DNA of 64,000 nt from Candidatus Heimdallarchaeota archaeon (GCA_019056785.1 DXJV01000085.1:1-64000); one strand, 5' to 3'. Counted from the first letter of the stretch, positions 50,990-60,930 are shown. Numbers and translations are program-made. Notes: generated by a model from the sequence alone, not told the origin.

Positions 50990-52180
50990 TTATCGTTGAT
51001 CATACTCTATTTGAAATTTTGGTGCCGCTTCAGGTAGTTCCTCTTTATATTTTGATGGGTATTTTCTTTCAGTTAGAGGATTTTCGACTAGTGGGAATTC
51101 TTTCTCTTCTTCAAAATTTACAATAGTGTTATTCGGTGTTGGTTGTGTAGTCAGGATCGTCAAGATTTCTTTCTTAAGTTCTTCTTTTAGCACTTTCATT
51201 TTCTCTGGTTCGTAGAGCTGGTATTTTAGTGAGAACATATATTTAATTTCAATTCTTTCTACATCTGCTAATACAATTGGTGTCGAAACAATAGTCTTTT
51301 CCTTTGCAGCTTGTGTTTGTGTAGTGTTAATTGTTAACTCTCCAAGATTTGTACTCTTTTGTTCGATGCTTGTGTTTTTTAATGCATAAATCTCATTTTT
51401 AATGTAAGCAATGCCTTGATAAACAAAATATAGACTGTTCATGTGTAAACCTGTAACAACATTTTTTGTTCCTTTTTTTTTGCAAAAAGAAAGTGAAAAA
51501 ATTTCCATCAGATTTATTACGATAAAAGCAATACCGGGCCCAATAAACCATTCATCAATGTAATGTATGAAGGCAATAATGCTAATCGCAATGGCTCCCA
51601 TGATTGCTAAACCAGTTAACCCCATAGTTAGAGGAATGAAAATTTTCTTTGTTTGTGTTAGAGGTTGTTCTTTTTTCTCTTCCAAGTCTTCTTGTCTCAT
51701 TGGCATTCTGTCTTTTTTCAGTTTTTTTATTAATGGCCCGTAGGGTATCGCTGAAATTACGATGAAAATGTAACAATAAATAGCTATGTCGATATATCCA
51801 CCTGCCATCCAAGAAATGAAAATTTCTACAATAGTATAAATTATACATAAGGTCAAAAAGAAAGTTAAAATAGCTATGCCGGTATTGCTCAATTGTACAG
51901 GTAAAATTTCTTTTCTCTCGTAAGCCTTGAAATACCCTCTGAAGGGGAGGTATTTTTTGTTGTTGGTGGGTTCAAACACCGGTAAAAACCTATCTTCGAT
52001 TATAAATCCATAATCTTCGATAGTCGATTCGAATAACGTACCATATATTTCAATAGGTCTTGGATTATCTATTTTTATATATGGCGACTCATAAAAATAA
52101 TTGTGCCTAACCAATTCACTTTTTGGATAAGCTCTCTTTTGATTAATCTGTCCCATATTCATTGGACTCACCAATTCCAA
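50990..52180 (-). CDS. Hypothetical membrane protein (4 TM)
   Basis: 396 aa with two pairs of hydrophobic helices. Confidence 0.55.
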   Translation of the reverse strand: MELVSPMNMGQINQKRAYPKSELVRHNYFYESPYIKIDNPRPIEIYGTLFESTIEDYGFIIEDRFLPVFEPTNNKKYLPFRGYFKAYERKEILPVQLSNTGIAILTFFLTLCIIYTIVEIFISWMAGGYIDIAIYCYIFIVISAIPYGPLIKKLKKDRMPMRQEDLEEKKEQPLTQTKKIFIPLTMGLTGLAIMGAIAISIIAFIHYIDEWFIGPGIAFIVINLMEIFSLSFCKKKGTKNVVTGLHMNSLYFVYQGIAYIKNEIYALKNTSIEQKSTNLGELTINTTQTQAAKEKTIVSTPIVLADVERIEIKYMFSLKYQLYEPEKMKVLKEELKKEILTILTTQPTPNNTIVNFEEEKEFPLVENPLTERKYPSKYKEELPEAAPKFQIEYDQR

Positions 52181-52393
52181 AAAACTTCTCGAAATGCACT
52201 ATATTAAGTTTGTTATAACGACATGGCATTTTTATTAATCTATTATTAATTAATGAACTTGATAAAATGGATATAAGTACCTTATTGAGTTGTATATTCT
52301 TTTTTTCAATAGTATCAAAGTAAGCCATTTGGTATTTAATTAACCCTAGATAGAAAAAAAGAAACTTGAAGAAAGGCAAAGGAGGAATTTTTT

Positions 52394-52464
52394 AACGCGA
52401 ACTTTCCACTCAAAATCGTCATCATCTTTGCATCAGAAGGGCCAGAGCGGTCATCGTTCGCGTT
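52394..52464 (-). ncRNA. Candidate box C/D guide sRNA
   Basis: Terminal 9-bp inverted repeat AACGCGAAC/GTTCGCGTT; ACGATGA (C-like), 14-nt guide, CTGA (D'), ATGATGA (C'), degenerate D (TGGA); upstream CGAAAG-TTTTTTTATT BRE/TATA and downstream T-tract. Confidence 0.5.
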
Positions 52465-52517
52465 GCTAATAGCTTCTTCTTTCAATAAAAAAACTTTCGT
52501 GTAGTATGCTTTTTTCA

Positions 52518-53228
52518 TTAGCTATCTTTTTTATATTCTCTTGCGTGTAATTTCTTAAGGATTGCTTCTCTTGTGATGTCTTTTAAAACATCTGTAGCAA
52601 CCCATTGCGCTGTTTTTGTTTTAATGGCTTTATAGCCTTCCACTTCTTTTTGGATGGCAGTGTTTAAGGTAAGGTTTCGTTTTCCAATTTGCCGCAAAGC
52701 CCAGCTTATGGCTAATCTAACTGTTCGTCGATCATCTCCAAGTCCCTCTTTAATCACAGGCAGAAAGGCTAGGAGTTCTTCATTCGTAGTTTTCATTCTT
52801 TTAAGAGCAAGCAAAGCCATTAATACGTAACCGGCTCGCCGAACATATTCTTGCTCCCGTCTAGCCCATTCTACAGCTTTCGTTTTTGCAAAAGGTGTTT
52901 TCACAATTAATGACATTAAACACTGGTCACAAATCTCCCAAAAATCAAATTCAGCCACCCAGTTCTCTAATTGTTCTTCGGTAACTGTTTTGTAATCTTC
53001 TATCATGCAGGCGAGGATTCTCGTTTCCCTTGAGTTTATTGCCCAAAGCTCTTCAGCCAAGTCGTGGTTTTGACCGATTCGTTTTGCCATGGCTTTTAAT
53101 ACGGGTATTTTCACTCCGAAAACCTGTTTGGTTTTAATACCCACTCTCGCCATTCCTTCAATTGCATCTGGATCCCCTTGCGCTTTTAGTTCTTCGAGAA
53201 TCTTATTGACTCCCAAGATTTCAGTCAA
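52518..53228 (-). CDS. AlkD-like DNA alkylation repair protein (HEAT-like repeat)
   Basis: FGVKIPVLK, FDFWEICD, YVRRAG, AISWALRQIGKRN. Confidence 0.85.
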   Translation of the reverse strand: MTEILGVNKILEELKAQGDPDAIEGMARVGIKTKQVFGVKIPVLKAMAKRIGQNHDLAEELWAINSRETRILACMIEDYKTVTEEQLENWVAEFDFWEICDQCLMSLIVKTPFAKTKAVEWARREQEYVRRAGYVLMALLALKRMKTTNEELLAFLPVIKEGLGDDRRTVRLAISWALRQIGKRNLTLNTAIQKEVEGYKAIKTKTAQWVATDVLKDITREAILKKLHAREYKKDS

Positions 53229-53279
53229 TTTTAGACCCCTTCCAATTTCTAATCTATTATTTATGCGTTGCTTGTTAGC

Positions 53280-53651
53280 CTACTCATCTTCTTCTTCGCT
53301 GCTTTCTTCGATGAATTTGTTGAGAATCGTTTTCGCGTCAGGAAAGTTTGGGTCGTCAATTTTTCGCATTACACCATTTCGTCCGAGGGACAACTGTGGT
53401 TTCCCTTGCCAGACATTACAATAACCATCTTTGATTTCTAATAAATCGCCAAAACGTGCTTCATTTATCTTGCTTCCCCAAAGGCTGAGTGTTACTGTTC
53501 CTGTTTCATCCCCTACTTTGAGGTCGCAAACTCGAGACATGCCATATTTTGTTTTAACAGAACGTGGCTCATTTTTTGCGATCACTCGAACAATGATGTC
53601 GATACCTGGCTGCTTTTTCGGTTTAAGATCCTTGACTTTAATAAAAGGCAT
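53280..53651 (-). CDS. ssb: Single-OB-fold single-stranded DNA-binding protein (crenarchaeal SSB/hSSB1-like)
   Basis: KVKDLKP, KVGDETGTVTLSLWG, GDLLEIKDGY..VWQG..QLSLGRNG, acidic tail. Confidence 0.85.
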   Translation of the reverse strand: MPFIKVKDLKPKKQPGIDIIVRVIAKNEPRSVKTKYGMSRVCDLKVGDETGTVTLSLWGSKINEARFGDLLEIKDGYCNVWQGKPQLSLGRNGVMRKIDDPNFPDAKTILNKFIEESSEEEDE

Positions 53652-53836
53652 AACTTTTTTTCTCCATATGAGATATTTGTCTTCTTATATCTGAGATAGT
53701 AATACTAAACTTTTATTAGTAATTTTCCCTTTTTTTTCGTAATTGTGTAGTAATTTTATTTGTCATTTAAAATTTCCATCGAATTTTTTATTAATGGCAG
53801 TCAATAATTCACTTCCGTATATGTGTGGTTTGAACC

Positions 53837-54349
53837 ATGAGTGAAGAGAAAAAGCCTTCAAGCGATTTTTCGGCTGTCTGGATGGATGATTTCAAGACTA
53901 TTATTCGAGACGCGGTAGATTTTGATAAGCAAGTGCAAGTCAATGGATTTGATTTAACGGTGAAGGAAGTCTTTCTCCTAAAAGGGGAAGGAGTGATAGA
54001 TTTCGACAACAGCAAGCGTATTCTTCCTGAATATGAACCCGTTCCACTAATTGATAATGATTATTGGTCGCTTCCAGCGGGTTCATATGTTATTCGATAT
54101 AATGAAATTGTCTCTGTTCCGTTAGATGCTTTGGGTATCATCCAACCACGAAGCACGCTTCTCCGTATGGGGGGGACCATTGTCGGTGCTTGGTGGGATG
54201 CTGGATACTCCGGCAGAGGACAAGGATTAATGATTCTCACTCGTCCTGTGAAAATTTATAAGAACGCTCGAGTTGCACAAATCGTTTTCTTGCGAACGAA
54301 AAAAGTCACTAAAGGTTATCAAGGTACTTATCAAAATGAAGCAAAATAG
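53837..54349 (+). CDS. Trimeric dUTPase / dCTP deaminase family (archaeal dUTPase-like)
   Basis: NGFDL, PRSTLLRMG, WDAGYSG, RVAQIVF, YQGTYQ. Confidence 0.85.
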   Translation: MSEEKKPSSDFSAVWMDDFKTIIRDAVDFDKQVQVNGFDLTVKEVFLLKGEGVIDFDNSKRILPEYEPVPLIDNDYWSLPAGSYVIRYNEIVSVPLDALGIIQPRSTLLRMGGTIVGAWWDAGYSGRGQGLMILTRPVKIYKNARVAQIVFLRTKKVTKGYQGTYQNEAK

Positions 54350-54435
54350 TTCTTTTTCATCGAGGATATTTTCTTAGCTTCAAAAGTAAAAAAAATTGAA
54401 AAGTCATTCATCGAGGGCAAGATTTTTCTTCTTTC

Positions 54436-54837
54436 TCAAAAAAAAATGCGAAAAAGCTCCTCAATCTCGTCCAAATATCTTTTAGCTGATTGTGTTGCTA
54501 ATCCTGCTCTCCGGGCTTTTTGTCCCTTAAACTTTAAGGCCATCGTGAAATGATCGGACCGGCAGATCAATAAACTTCCTTGCTCCGTGCGAATATTCAT
54601 ATGTCGAAAATTATCTTGTGAGTCAATACTTTGGAGGGCTAAAAGAGAGCTAATGCTTCTGATGGTATCAATTAACATTGCAGCTGTTCCTTCAACATTT
54701 ATGGATCCTTTATGTTCATGGACACTACAACATGGCAAGCCTTCTTCTGTAGTAAGAACAATATCAGATGCGCCTGCTTTTTCCATCAGCTCTTGGAGCA
54801 GTTTTTCTGCTGTAACATTTATTGACTCATTGTTCAT
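54436..54837 (-). CDS. Roadblock/LC7-domain protein
   Basis: 133 aa; helix - IVLTTEEGLP - helix (TAAM) - MNIRTEQGSLLI - helix topology. Confidence 0.7.
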   Translation of the reverse strand: MNNESINVTAEKLLQELMEKAGASDIVLTTEEGLPCCSVHEHKGSINVEGTAAMLIDTIRSISSLLALQSIDSQDNFRHMNIRTEQGSLLICRSDHFTMALKFKGQKARRAGLATQSAKRYLDEIEELFRIFF

Positions 54838-54988
54838 TACTATACCTTCTCATCAATAACCTCAAATTTCTGCATAGTCCACTGGTTAAAATTTTTTAAG
54901 TTTGTTTATCAATAATGAAGAAAGTCACTCTCCTATAAAGATTTAGTGTTATGAGCAGTTGTCTATTCTCAAGAATTCATACAATGGC

Positions 54989-55744
54989 TCAGAATAATAC
55001 TGGATAGGCAAGTTCGTGGAGTACCTCATATTTTTTCGGATCAAAGTCACTCTCGTCAAGCAACTCATTCAAAAAGCTAAACTCATATTCGTTAAGTCCC
55101 ACAGGGAAGATTTTATGGTCAATGTCTTCTTTTGGCACTTCGAAAAAGCGTATTAATAATGGCCCAAGATAACCAGTTTCAACATAAATTTGTACAATCC
55201 AATGGAAATACTTCATAAGCTCTTTAATGGTTGTATGCTCAATTGCATCTGCAATGATATGGTACGAGCTCATCAAAGCTGCCCGGCGGGTGAGGTAATC
55301 TTTTGTGTTTCCAGCTTCGATAAGGTCTGGCAGCAGGTCAAGGTTTGCGTAAGAACTTAAAGCCATGATGACAGCATATTGTAAATCTTCTTTGCTTTCG
55401 CGCAGAATTTTGAGAAGGATCGGAAGTGAATCTTGATGGCCAATACGCCCAAGCGTTTCTATCAGCGCTAATTTTTTCGCAAGAGAGGCTATTAATACCT
55501 CTGTGTGAATTCTTTGGATAAGTTCTTCTTGCGGTTTTCGCTCGTAGATTTTTGCTAGTGCCATCGAGCAGGCGTTTCTAACATTCCAAGAGCGGTCTTC
55601 AAGTCCCGCAAATAACACCTCGAGGGATTCTTTCCCACCGACTTCGAGAAGTTTTAACGCGCCACGAACACGGTCTATTTCTTTTTCAGACCCAAGACGC
55701 TTTTTCGCTTTGGAGCGTTGGAATGCTTTTTTAATAAATGCCAT
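54989..55744 (-). CDS. HEAT-repeat protein
   Basis: LEDRSWNVRNACSMAL, IETLGRIG, LQYAVIMAL, TRRAAL repeats. Confidence 0.75.
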   Translation of the reverse strand: MAFIKKAFQRSKAKKRLGSEKEIDRVRGALKLLEVGGKESLEVLFAGLEDRSWNVRNACSMALAKIYERKPQEELIQRIHTEVLIASLAKKLALIETLGRIGHQDSLPILLKILRESKEDLQYAVIMALSSYANLDLLPDLIEAGNTKDYLTRRAALMSSYHIIADAIEHTTIKELMKYFHWIVQIYVETGYLGPLLIRFFEVPKEDIDHKIFPVGLNEYEFSFLNELLDESDFDPKKYEVLHELAYPVLF

Positions 55745-55746
55745 CT

Positions 55747-57351
55747 TTATTTGCCTCCATCCTCTTTTTGGCTGACAATCTCCTCGATGAGAAGGCGTAC
55801 CGCTGTTAATTTTGAATGGCTCATCTTCTTCAGATGAGAGTAATCAATATTTTTCTTCGAGCTTGAAACGCCATAAATTGCCTCTGATTTTCGCCCTGTA
55901 TCTTCTTCGTCTCCTTTTTGTTCAGCTTTTTGTGCTGTAATGAAGTCGAAGAGCTCTTTTGATATATCAATTGCTCTGGTATAAATTGGTATGTCCCATG
56001 GAGAAATGGGATTATCCTCTAGATATCCCACAGAAAGTAATGTCCCGACAATCATTCTATCCATTTTTTTGAACATAATCACATCAGGAAAGCCGGGTGT
56101 AGGCATTACAAAGTCCTGTCGGTAAAGCAGGCTATGATTATGGAGGATAAGTAATTGTTCAAGGCTGATAGATTCATCGTCTATTTCGAAAACATAGACT
56201 GGTTTAGAGTTGACTTTTACATACCCATAAAATTGGAATGCCTTGCTATTTTCCAGCCATTGACCAACACTTCGGCATTGGTTTTTATTCAAGAATTTAA
56301 TATAATCATCGAGTTGATCCCATTCATGTTCATAGATGTTCCAAGTTTTCCGCCAATAGCCACTTGTATCTGCATGCCAATAGACATTTGTTGCTTGACT
56401 TGCTTCCCGAAGCTCTTTCAGGAGTCGTCGTACTTGGGCGCCGCCACCTGCTTTATTAATCAAGTCTAAATCGTTTGTTAATTGTAAGGTTTGCTTGATG
56501 ATTTCTTGAGGTTGGTCTTTAATTTCTTCAAAGGCTTCTTCTAACATCCGGTAGGAAAGTTTGTTGATTGGAGGGCCATAAATTGGCTTGAGAAAGCGAG
56601 GAACTGTACTGAAAGGATATTCGCCTTTCTCGAGTATTTTTTCACCGATTTTCATATGGATGTAATTTGCAAATGCTTCTCTCAGGAAACCAGTGAGATG
56701 TTTCTTCTTTACAAGTTCAGCCCGTTTATTGAGAATGGAAATCACTTCTAGTAGGAAGTTTTGAAAGAGCGAGACCTTTCGGGAGCTTTCAGGAGGGACG
56801 TAGAATTCTTGCACACCAAAAGAGGAGAGCAAACGAATAACCGCCACCATGTCTTGGAAATAGGGCAAGCCCCAGGTGGCATTTTTGGTTTCTTTTAAAC
56901 CATATACGTTATTTACAATTAACTCTTTGATGATCATATCTATTCTATAGATTTCAGAAAGAATCTCACTGTCGTTAGAGGCACTTTTCTCTGCAAAATA
57001 GGCGTGAGCAAAAGCATGGATGAACATCATTCGTAATGTGAAATCTCTGTCTGGACTCTCTTTGAACTCAAAAGGCAAGCTAAGATAAATCATTGTTGGC
57101 TTACTTGGAAAGACAGATATGCATTCATCGGGGAGGAAGTTTCTATTGCGGGATTTCCGTAAATTGTCAATCATTTCTTGGGAGAGTACGGCAAACGGAC
57201 TGCCACCTAATTCGATTACTTGGTAAAGGCTCGCATGAAGGTCGGGGTCAATGAAGAGAAGGACCTTATAGTCCTCCGGTGTTTCGCCGACAAATTCTTG
57301 GAAGTCTTTTCGTGCTTGTTTATAAATTTCAACCACTCGCGGATTGTCCAA
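55747..57351 (-). CDS. Hypothetical protein with degenerate zincin-like motifs
   Basis: MFIHAFAHAYF (HAxxH) and downstream LREAFANY. Confidence 0.5.
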   Translation of the reverse strand: MDNPRVVEIYKQARKDFQEFVGETPEDYKVLLFIDPDLHASLYQVIELGGSPFAVLSQEMIDNLRKSRNRNFLPDECISVFPSKPTMIYLSLPFEFKESPDRDFTLRMMFIHAFAHAYFAEKSASNDSEILSEIYRIDMIIKELIVNNVYGLKETKNATWGLPYFQDMVAVIRLLSSFGVQEFYVPPESSRKVSLFQNFLLEVISILNKRAELVKKKHLTGFLREAFANYIHMKIGEKILEKGEYPFSTVPRFLKPIYGPPINKLSYRMLEEAFEEIKDQPQEIIKQTLQLTNDLDLINKAGGGAQVRRLLKELREASQATNVYWHADTSGYWRKTWNIYEHEWDQLDDYIKFLNKNQCRSVGQWLENSKAFQFYGYVKVNSKPVYVFEIDDESISLEQLLILHNHSLLYRQDFVMPTPGFPDVIMFKKMDRMIVGTLLSVGYLEDNPISPWDIPIYTRAIDISKELFDFITAQKAEQKGDEEDTGRKSEAIYGVSSSKKNIDYSHLKKMSHSKLTAVRLLIEEIVSQKEDGGK

Positions 57352-58729
57352 GTCTCATACTCTCCGTTACAATTGTTTTTGCCAAAACATCCATCCTTGA
57401 TGGATCAATAACAATAGGATAGGTTATTCCTCGCAAGGCTCTTCTTGTATCGCGATACAGGTCAGTAAGTTTTAGCCGTTCAGAGCCAATGATGAAATAA
57501 GAGACCTTCCATGTTCGGCTCTGGTCGCGTATGGCGTCCCGGAGTAAGCTATTAATTTCAAAGTAGCAATTTCGTGTTACCGGGTCAATCCCCCCTGAGC
57601 GTTCTTCTTCGAAGTAATTTATAAGACTCTGGGAGGGGGTAGGTTCATAGCCTGGGATAAGCTCATTCGGTCTGCCATCAGTAACAATAATTAAATGAAC
57701 GTCTCGATTTTGGGTGTTTTTCTTGACTTTCGCGTGTTCTATTGCTGTTTTAATAGATGCACTCATTGGAGTTCGTCCTTTTGCTGTTGCTGTTAGCAGG
57801 AAACGTTCTAGCTGGTCCTCAGAAGTGATAATTTGCCTTGTTTTCGATATTGGTACAACAGCCGTTCGAAAGGCTCGCTGATTTGTCCTGCGAGTCCGTC
57901 CTTGTCGTTTGAAATAATAAAAGATCGCCAGTGAAGTTAGAAGCGCACCTTCCAGACGTGAAAAATGAGTCCCTTGAACAACATTCCTCATAGATTGCGA
58001 AGTGTCAACGATAAGATAGATTTGCGCATTTCGGTCCTTTTTCATGACAACAATATCATCAATATCGATAGACTTTGGGGGAATCGTCTGTGAGGTGAAA
58101 ATAGAGTGTTCAAAGGTTTTTTTCTTGTGAATTTTTCCTCGAGGGCGTACAATTGTGTCATTGACCGGTCGTGCTGGAAGTTGTCGCGCTAACCAATTGC
58201 CAAGCTGGTTGCCGAGAAAGTCCATCACTTCTTCCCGTTTAATGCGCATTTTATGTCCAAATCTATCGGTGATTTCAATATCAGTCAATTCCTCAAGTGT
58301 GCGAAGTGACTCTGTGAGTTGTTTTTTGTATTCTGCTGTTCCTTCGAAGCCTTTCAAATGTCGCTGGATGAATTGTTCGATTTCCTCTCGTGTCTGCAAT
58401 TCGCCCATGTTCACTTTTAATAAAGCATCCGGTAGTGCATTGTTGCCAATATACTCAAGTATTTCCAACTCGCGAATCAAGTCTTCTTCCTCGAGTGGCT
58501 CCATTGGAGTGACCAGAAGCCTGTGTTGTATGTTTTTTACAGCAACGGCATTTTCAAGAGCCATACCTAAAACCAAAGCCTCACGTGAGCTCTGTCCTTT
58601 CCGGGGATCACGCCATTTCTGAAGGACACTTGCAGCATCGGCAAAGTCGAACACAAAATCAGGGTCACGCCACACCATCAAAGGGTCTGTGAATCGCTCT
58701 CGACTGATTACGTGTATTCTGTGAGGCAT
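57329..58729 (-). CDS. von Willebrand factor A (vWA) domain protein
   Basis: LIVDTSQSM (MIDAS DxSxS), GRTPM, IIVTDGRPN. Confidence 0.85.
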   Translation of the reverse strand: MPHRIHVISRERFTDPLMVWRDPDFVFDFADAASVLQKWRDPRKGQSSREALVLGMALENAVAVKNIQHRLLVTPMEPLEEEDLIRELEILEYIGNNALPDALLKVNMGELQTREEIEQFIQRHLKGFEGTAEYKKQLTESLRTLEELTDIEITDRFGHKMRIKREEVMDFLGNQLGNWLARQLPARPVNDTIVRPRGKIHKKKTFEHSIFTSQTIPPKSIDIDDIVVMKKDRNAQIYLIVDTSQSMRNVVQGTHFSRLEGALLTSLAIFYYFKRQGRTRRTNQRAFRTAVVPISKTRQIITSEDQLERFLLTATAKGRTPMSASIKTAIEHAKVKKNTQNRDVHLIIVTDGRPNELIPGYEPTPSQSLINYFEEERSGGIDPVTRNCYFEINSLLRDAIRDQSRTWKVSYFIIGSERLKLTDLYRDTRRALRGITYPIVIDPSRMDVLAKTIVTESMRLGQSASG

Positions 58730-58780
58730 TTTATTTGCTCTCCAATTTTCTTAAAGTGTTCTTTAATCATTCTTTCGTTT

Positions 58781-60343
58781 TTAGATATGGTCTACAAGTA
58801 GCAATTGTTCATAGCTTGGTTTTAATTGTGAAATGACCGCTTCTTGTATTTTCTTTGGCTGCTTTTCTAAGCCTTCATAAGCAATTATGATTTTACTTAG
58901 TTCCTCATCTGTCAATGCTTTCATTTTATCAATATCTTCAGAAATTGATTGCACCGTTGTCAGTTCCTCGTCAGTTTTAATAGTTCGTCGAAGCATGGTC
59001 TTTACTTCTTGCATAGCATCATTGATGAGGTTTCTTGGAATATCGAAGAGCTCGACAATGCGTTTTGCGTCATCTAATGTGAGCATTGCAACACTGTTTT
59101 GTTTATAAAACTCATCCTTTCGGAGAACGGTCTCACCAATGAGCGAATAAAGAGTACGTAAGTCAACATGAGGAGTCTTTTCGGGGTCATGAATTTCAAT
59201 TAAAGATTTAAAGAACATATCTCGAGTAACTTTCTTACGAGCATAAGCTTCAGTTTCGCCGGATTTTAGTGCATTAGGAATTGAGAGGTCAGCCATCAAA
59301 CCGATGAATTGAATTGCTAGTTTGCTGACACCTTTCTTACCAAATTGTTTTGTCTTCTCGAGAAGTGATACTAGGGCAGGATTTGCTGTCATATCATTTA
59401 AGCAGAGTGTTAAATGCTCTTTAAACATGTCTTCAACGATCTTGATACGTTCGAGTTTTGTTCTTGCTGGCCACAGAACTTCAGGAATACGATTGATAAT
59501 TGGTTGTGCTTCTTCACCAAAAACACTAAGTGGAGCATTTGAAGTAAAGATCATTGCACCGTCTACGAAAACGGGTCGACCTTGAATACTATATTTGATA
59601 CCGCTTGGGTCCTCGAGGAAACCCATTAAGGCTTCCAAGAAATTCAATGGTAAACGCTGGATTTCGTTCACAACAACAAACCCTTGGGAGAGAACACCAA
59701 CTTTATGTGCCATCGGAGAAAATGTTGTTGAAGTTTTGCCACCGAACAATTGCTCAAGGTTTTCCACCCCTGCGAGGAGCATGTATAGCCCTTCTGGGTC
59801 ATTTCGAGGGTCAATTTGAGCAACATTTACAACAGTCTTGTCAGCTTTTACAGCGTTTAAAGCTTTTATGACTTGCTCTGTCTCGAGAGCTAAGATATCA
59901 TTACTTCTGTCGAGATTAATATCTTGATTTGTCACTTTCTTAATCGACTCAGCGATATTTTGCTTACAGAAAGGACAAAGATTCTTCAAGACTTCTGCAG
60001 AAGCAGCAGGATCCTTAGCATAATTTTCTGCAATATGAATAAGATACCCGGCATCTTCATTAAAGGGGCAACCAGCTATATGGTATTTCCGCTCATTAAT
60101 AGCGTTTGTGAGATGCTTAAGGATTGTTCGAGCAAAAAGAGTCTTGGCTTCTCCAGTAGGACCAATTAATAAGACCTTTCCAGAGACAGCAATCTTGTCC
60201 ATCACAATTCCTTTCGAATGGACGTTTCCGCGAACAGCAGGATCTTCATTGATTTGTTTTCGCAATTCAGGCTCATTTAATAATCTTCGAACAGAACATC
60301 CTTTATATCCTTTCTTCGCAAGGGACGCTATTGTCATCGTCAT
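58781..60343 (-). CDS. AAA+ ATPase of the Mg-chelatase/MoxR-like vWA-associated type
   Basis: LLIGPTGEAKT (variant Walker A), VVNEIQRL (variant Walker B), IFTSN sensor 1, PIINRI Arg finger, CPF..CPFC insert. Confidence 0.75.
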   Translation of the reverse strand: MTMTIASLAKKGYKGCSVRRLLNEPELRKQINEDPAVRGNVHSKGIVMDKIAVSGKVLLIGPTGEAKTLFARTILKHLTNAINERKYHIAGCPFNEDAGYLIHIAENYAKDPAASAEVLKNLCPFCKQNIAESIKKVTNQDINLDRSNDILALETEQVIKALNAVKADKTVVNVAQIDPRNDPEGLYMLLAGVENLEQLFGGKTSTTFSPMAHKVGVLSQGFVVVNEIQRLPLNFLEALMGFLEDPSGIKYSIQGRPVFVDGAMIFTSNAPLSVFGEEAQPIINRIPEVLWPARTKLERIKIVEDMFKEHLTLCLNDMTANPALVSLLEKTKQFGKKGVSKLAIQFIGLMADLSIPNALKSGETEAYARKKVTRDMFFKSLIEIHDPEKTPHVDLRTLYSLIGETVLRKDEFYKQNSVAMLTLDDAKRIVELFDIPRNLINDAMQEVKTMLRRTIKTDEELTTVQSISEDIDKMKALTDEELSKIIIAYEGLEKQPKKIQEAVISQLKPSYEQLLLVDHI

Positions 60344-60381
60344 TTTTTTTTCACACTCACTTTTTAAACTTCAATTTTTTT

Positions 60382-60930
60382 TCAATGCTTTTTTTCACTC
60401 TTTCTGGAAGAGGACTTCTTTTTAAGTACTTTGGGTTTAATCCCAAGAGTTTCAATGTACATATCCAGCCATTCCAAACAGGCCAGTATGTCTTCTTTTT
60501 TATTTTCATGAATTTCTAAAACATTCCAGAGTCGATCTGTCAGACGAATGAGAGAAAAGGCTTCGATAATCTCTGATTTTGTTAGAGCAATGGCTTTTTC
60601 AGCATTGTAACTCGCAATGAGGATGGGTATGTTTGCGGTTCGAGTGTCCCAAACGAATGTCTCCCAGAGGAATTCCTTAATCTTTGAAAGTTCGTCCATC
60701 TTTGTCGCGTTTACGATAAATATTGCACCATCGGTTTTTTTCAACACCGAGTCTGGTATCGTTCTATCAAAATCCGGTTCCTCAATAGAAAAGGTGTAAT
60801 GCGGAATGTTCTCTTTTGGATTCTTCACTTCTTCTTTGATGATGTTGATAATGTAGTCTCGAGTGTCATTCTTTTCACCAAGTAAGAGAATATGTTTGGG
60901 TGGTTTTTGTCGTTTGAACATTGTTTTCAC
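60382..60930 (-). CDS. Degenerate Arf/Sar-like small GTPase-fold protein
   Basis: HILLLG, TDGAIFIVNAT, IPILIA, EIIEAFSL...DRLWNV...CLEWL Arf scaffold; G1 (GEKNDTRD), G3 and G4 motifs are lost. Confidence 0.65.
   Translation of the reverse strand: MKTMFKRQKPPKHILLLGEKNDTRDYIINIIKEEVKNPKENIPHYTFSIEEPDFDRTIPDSVLKKTDGAIFIVNATKMDELSKIKEFLWETFVWDTRTANIPILIASYNAEKAIALTKSEIIEAFSLIRLTDRLWNVLEIHENKKEDILACLEWLDMYIETLGIKPKVLKKKSSSRKSEKKH

Noticed and set aside
52336-52518. 60-aa minus-strand ORF downstream of the AlkD-like gene
   Set aside because: Better explained by the promoter and the C/D-box-like RNA in the same interval.
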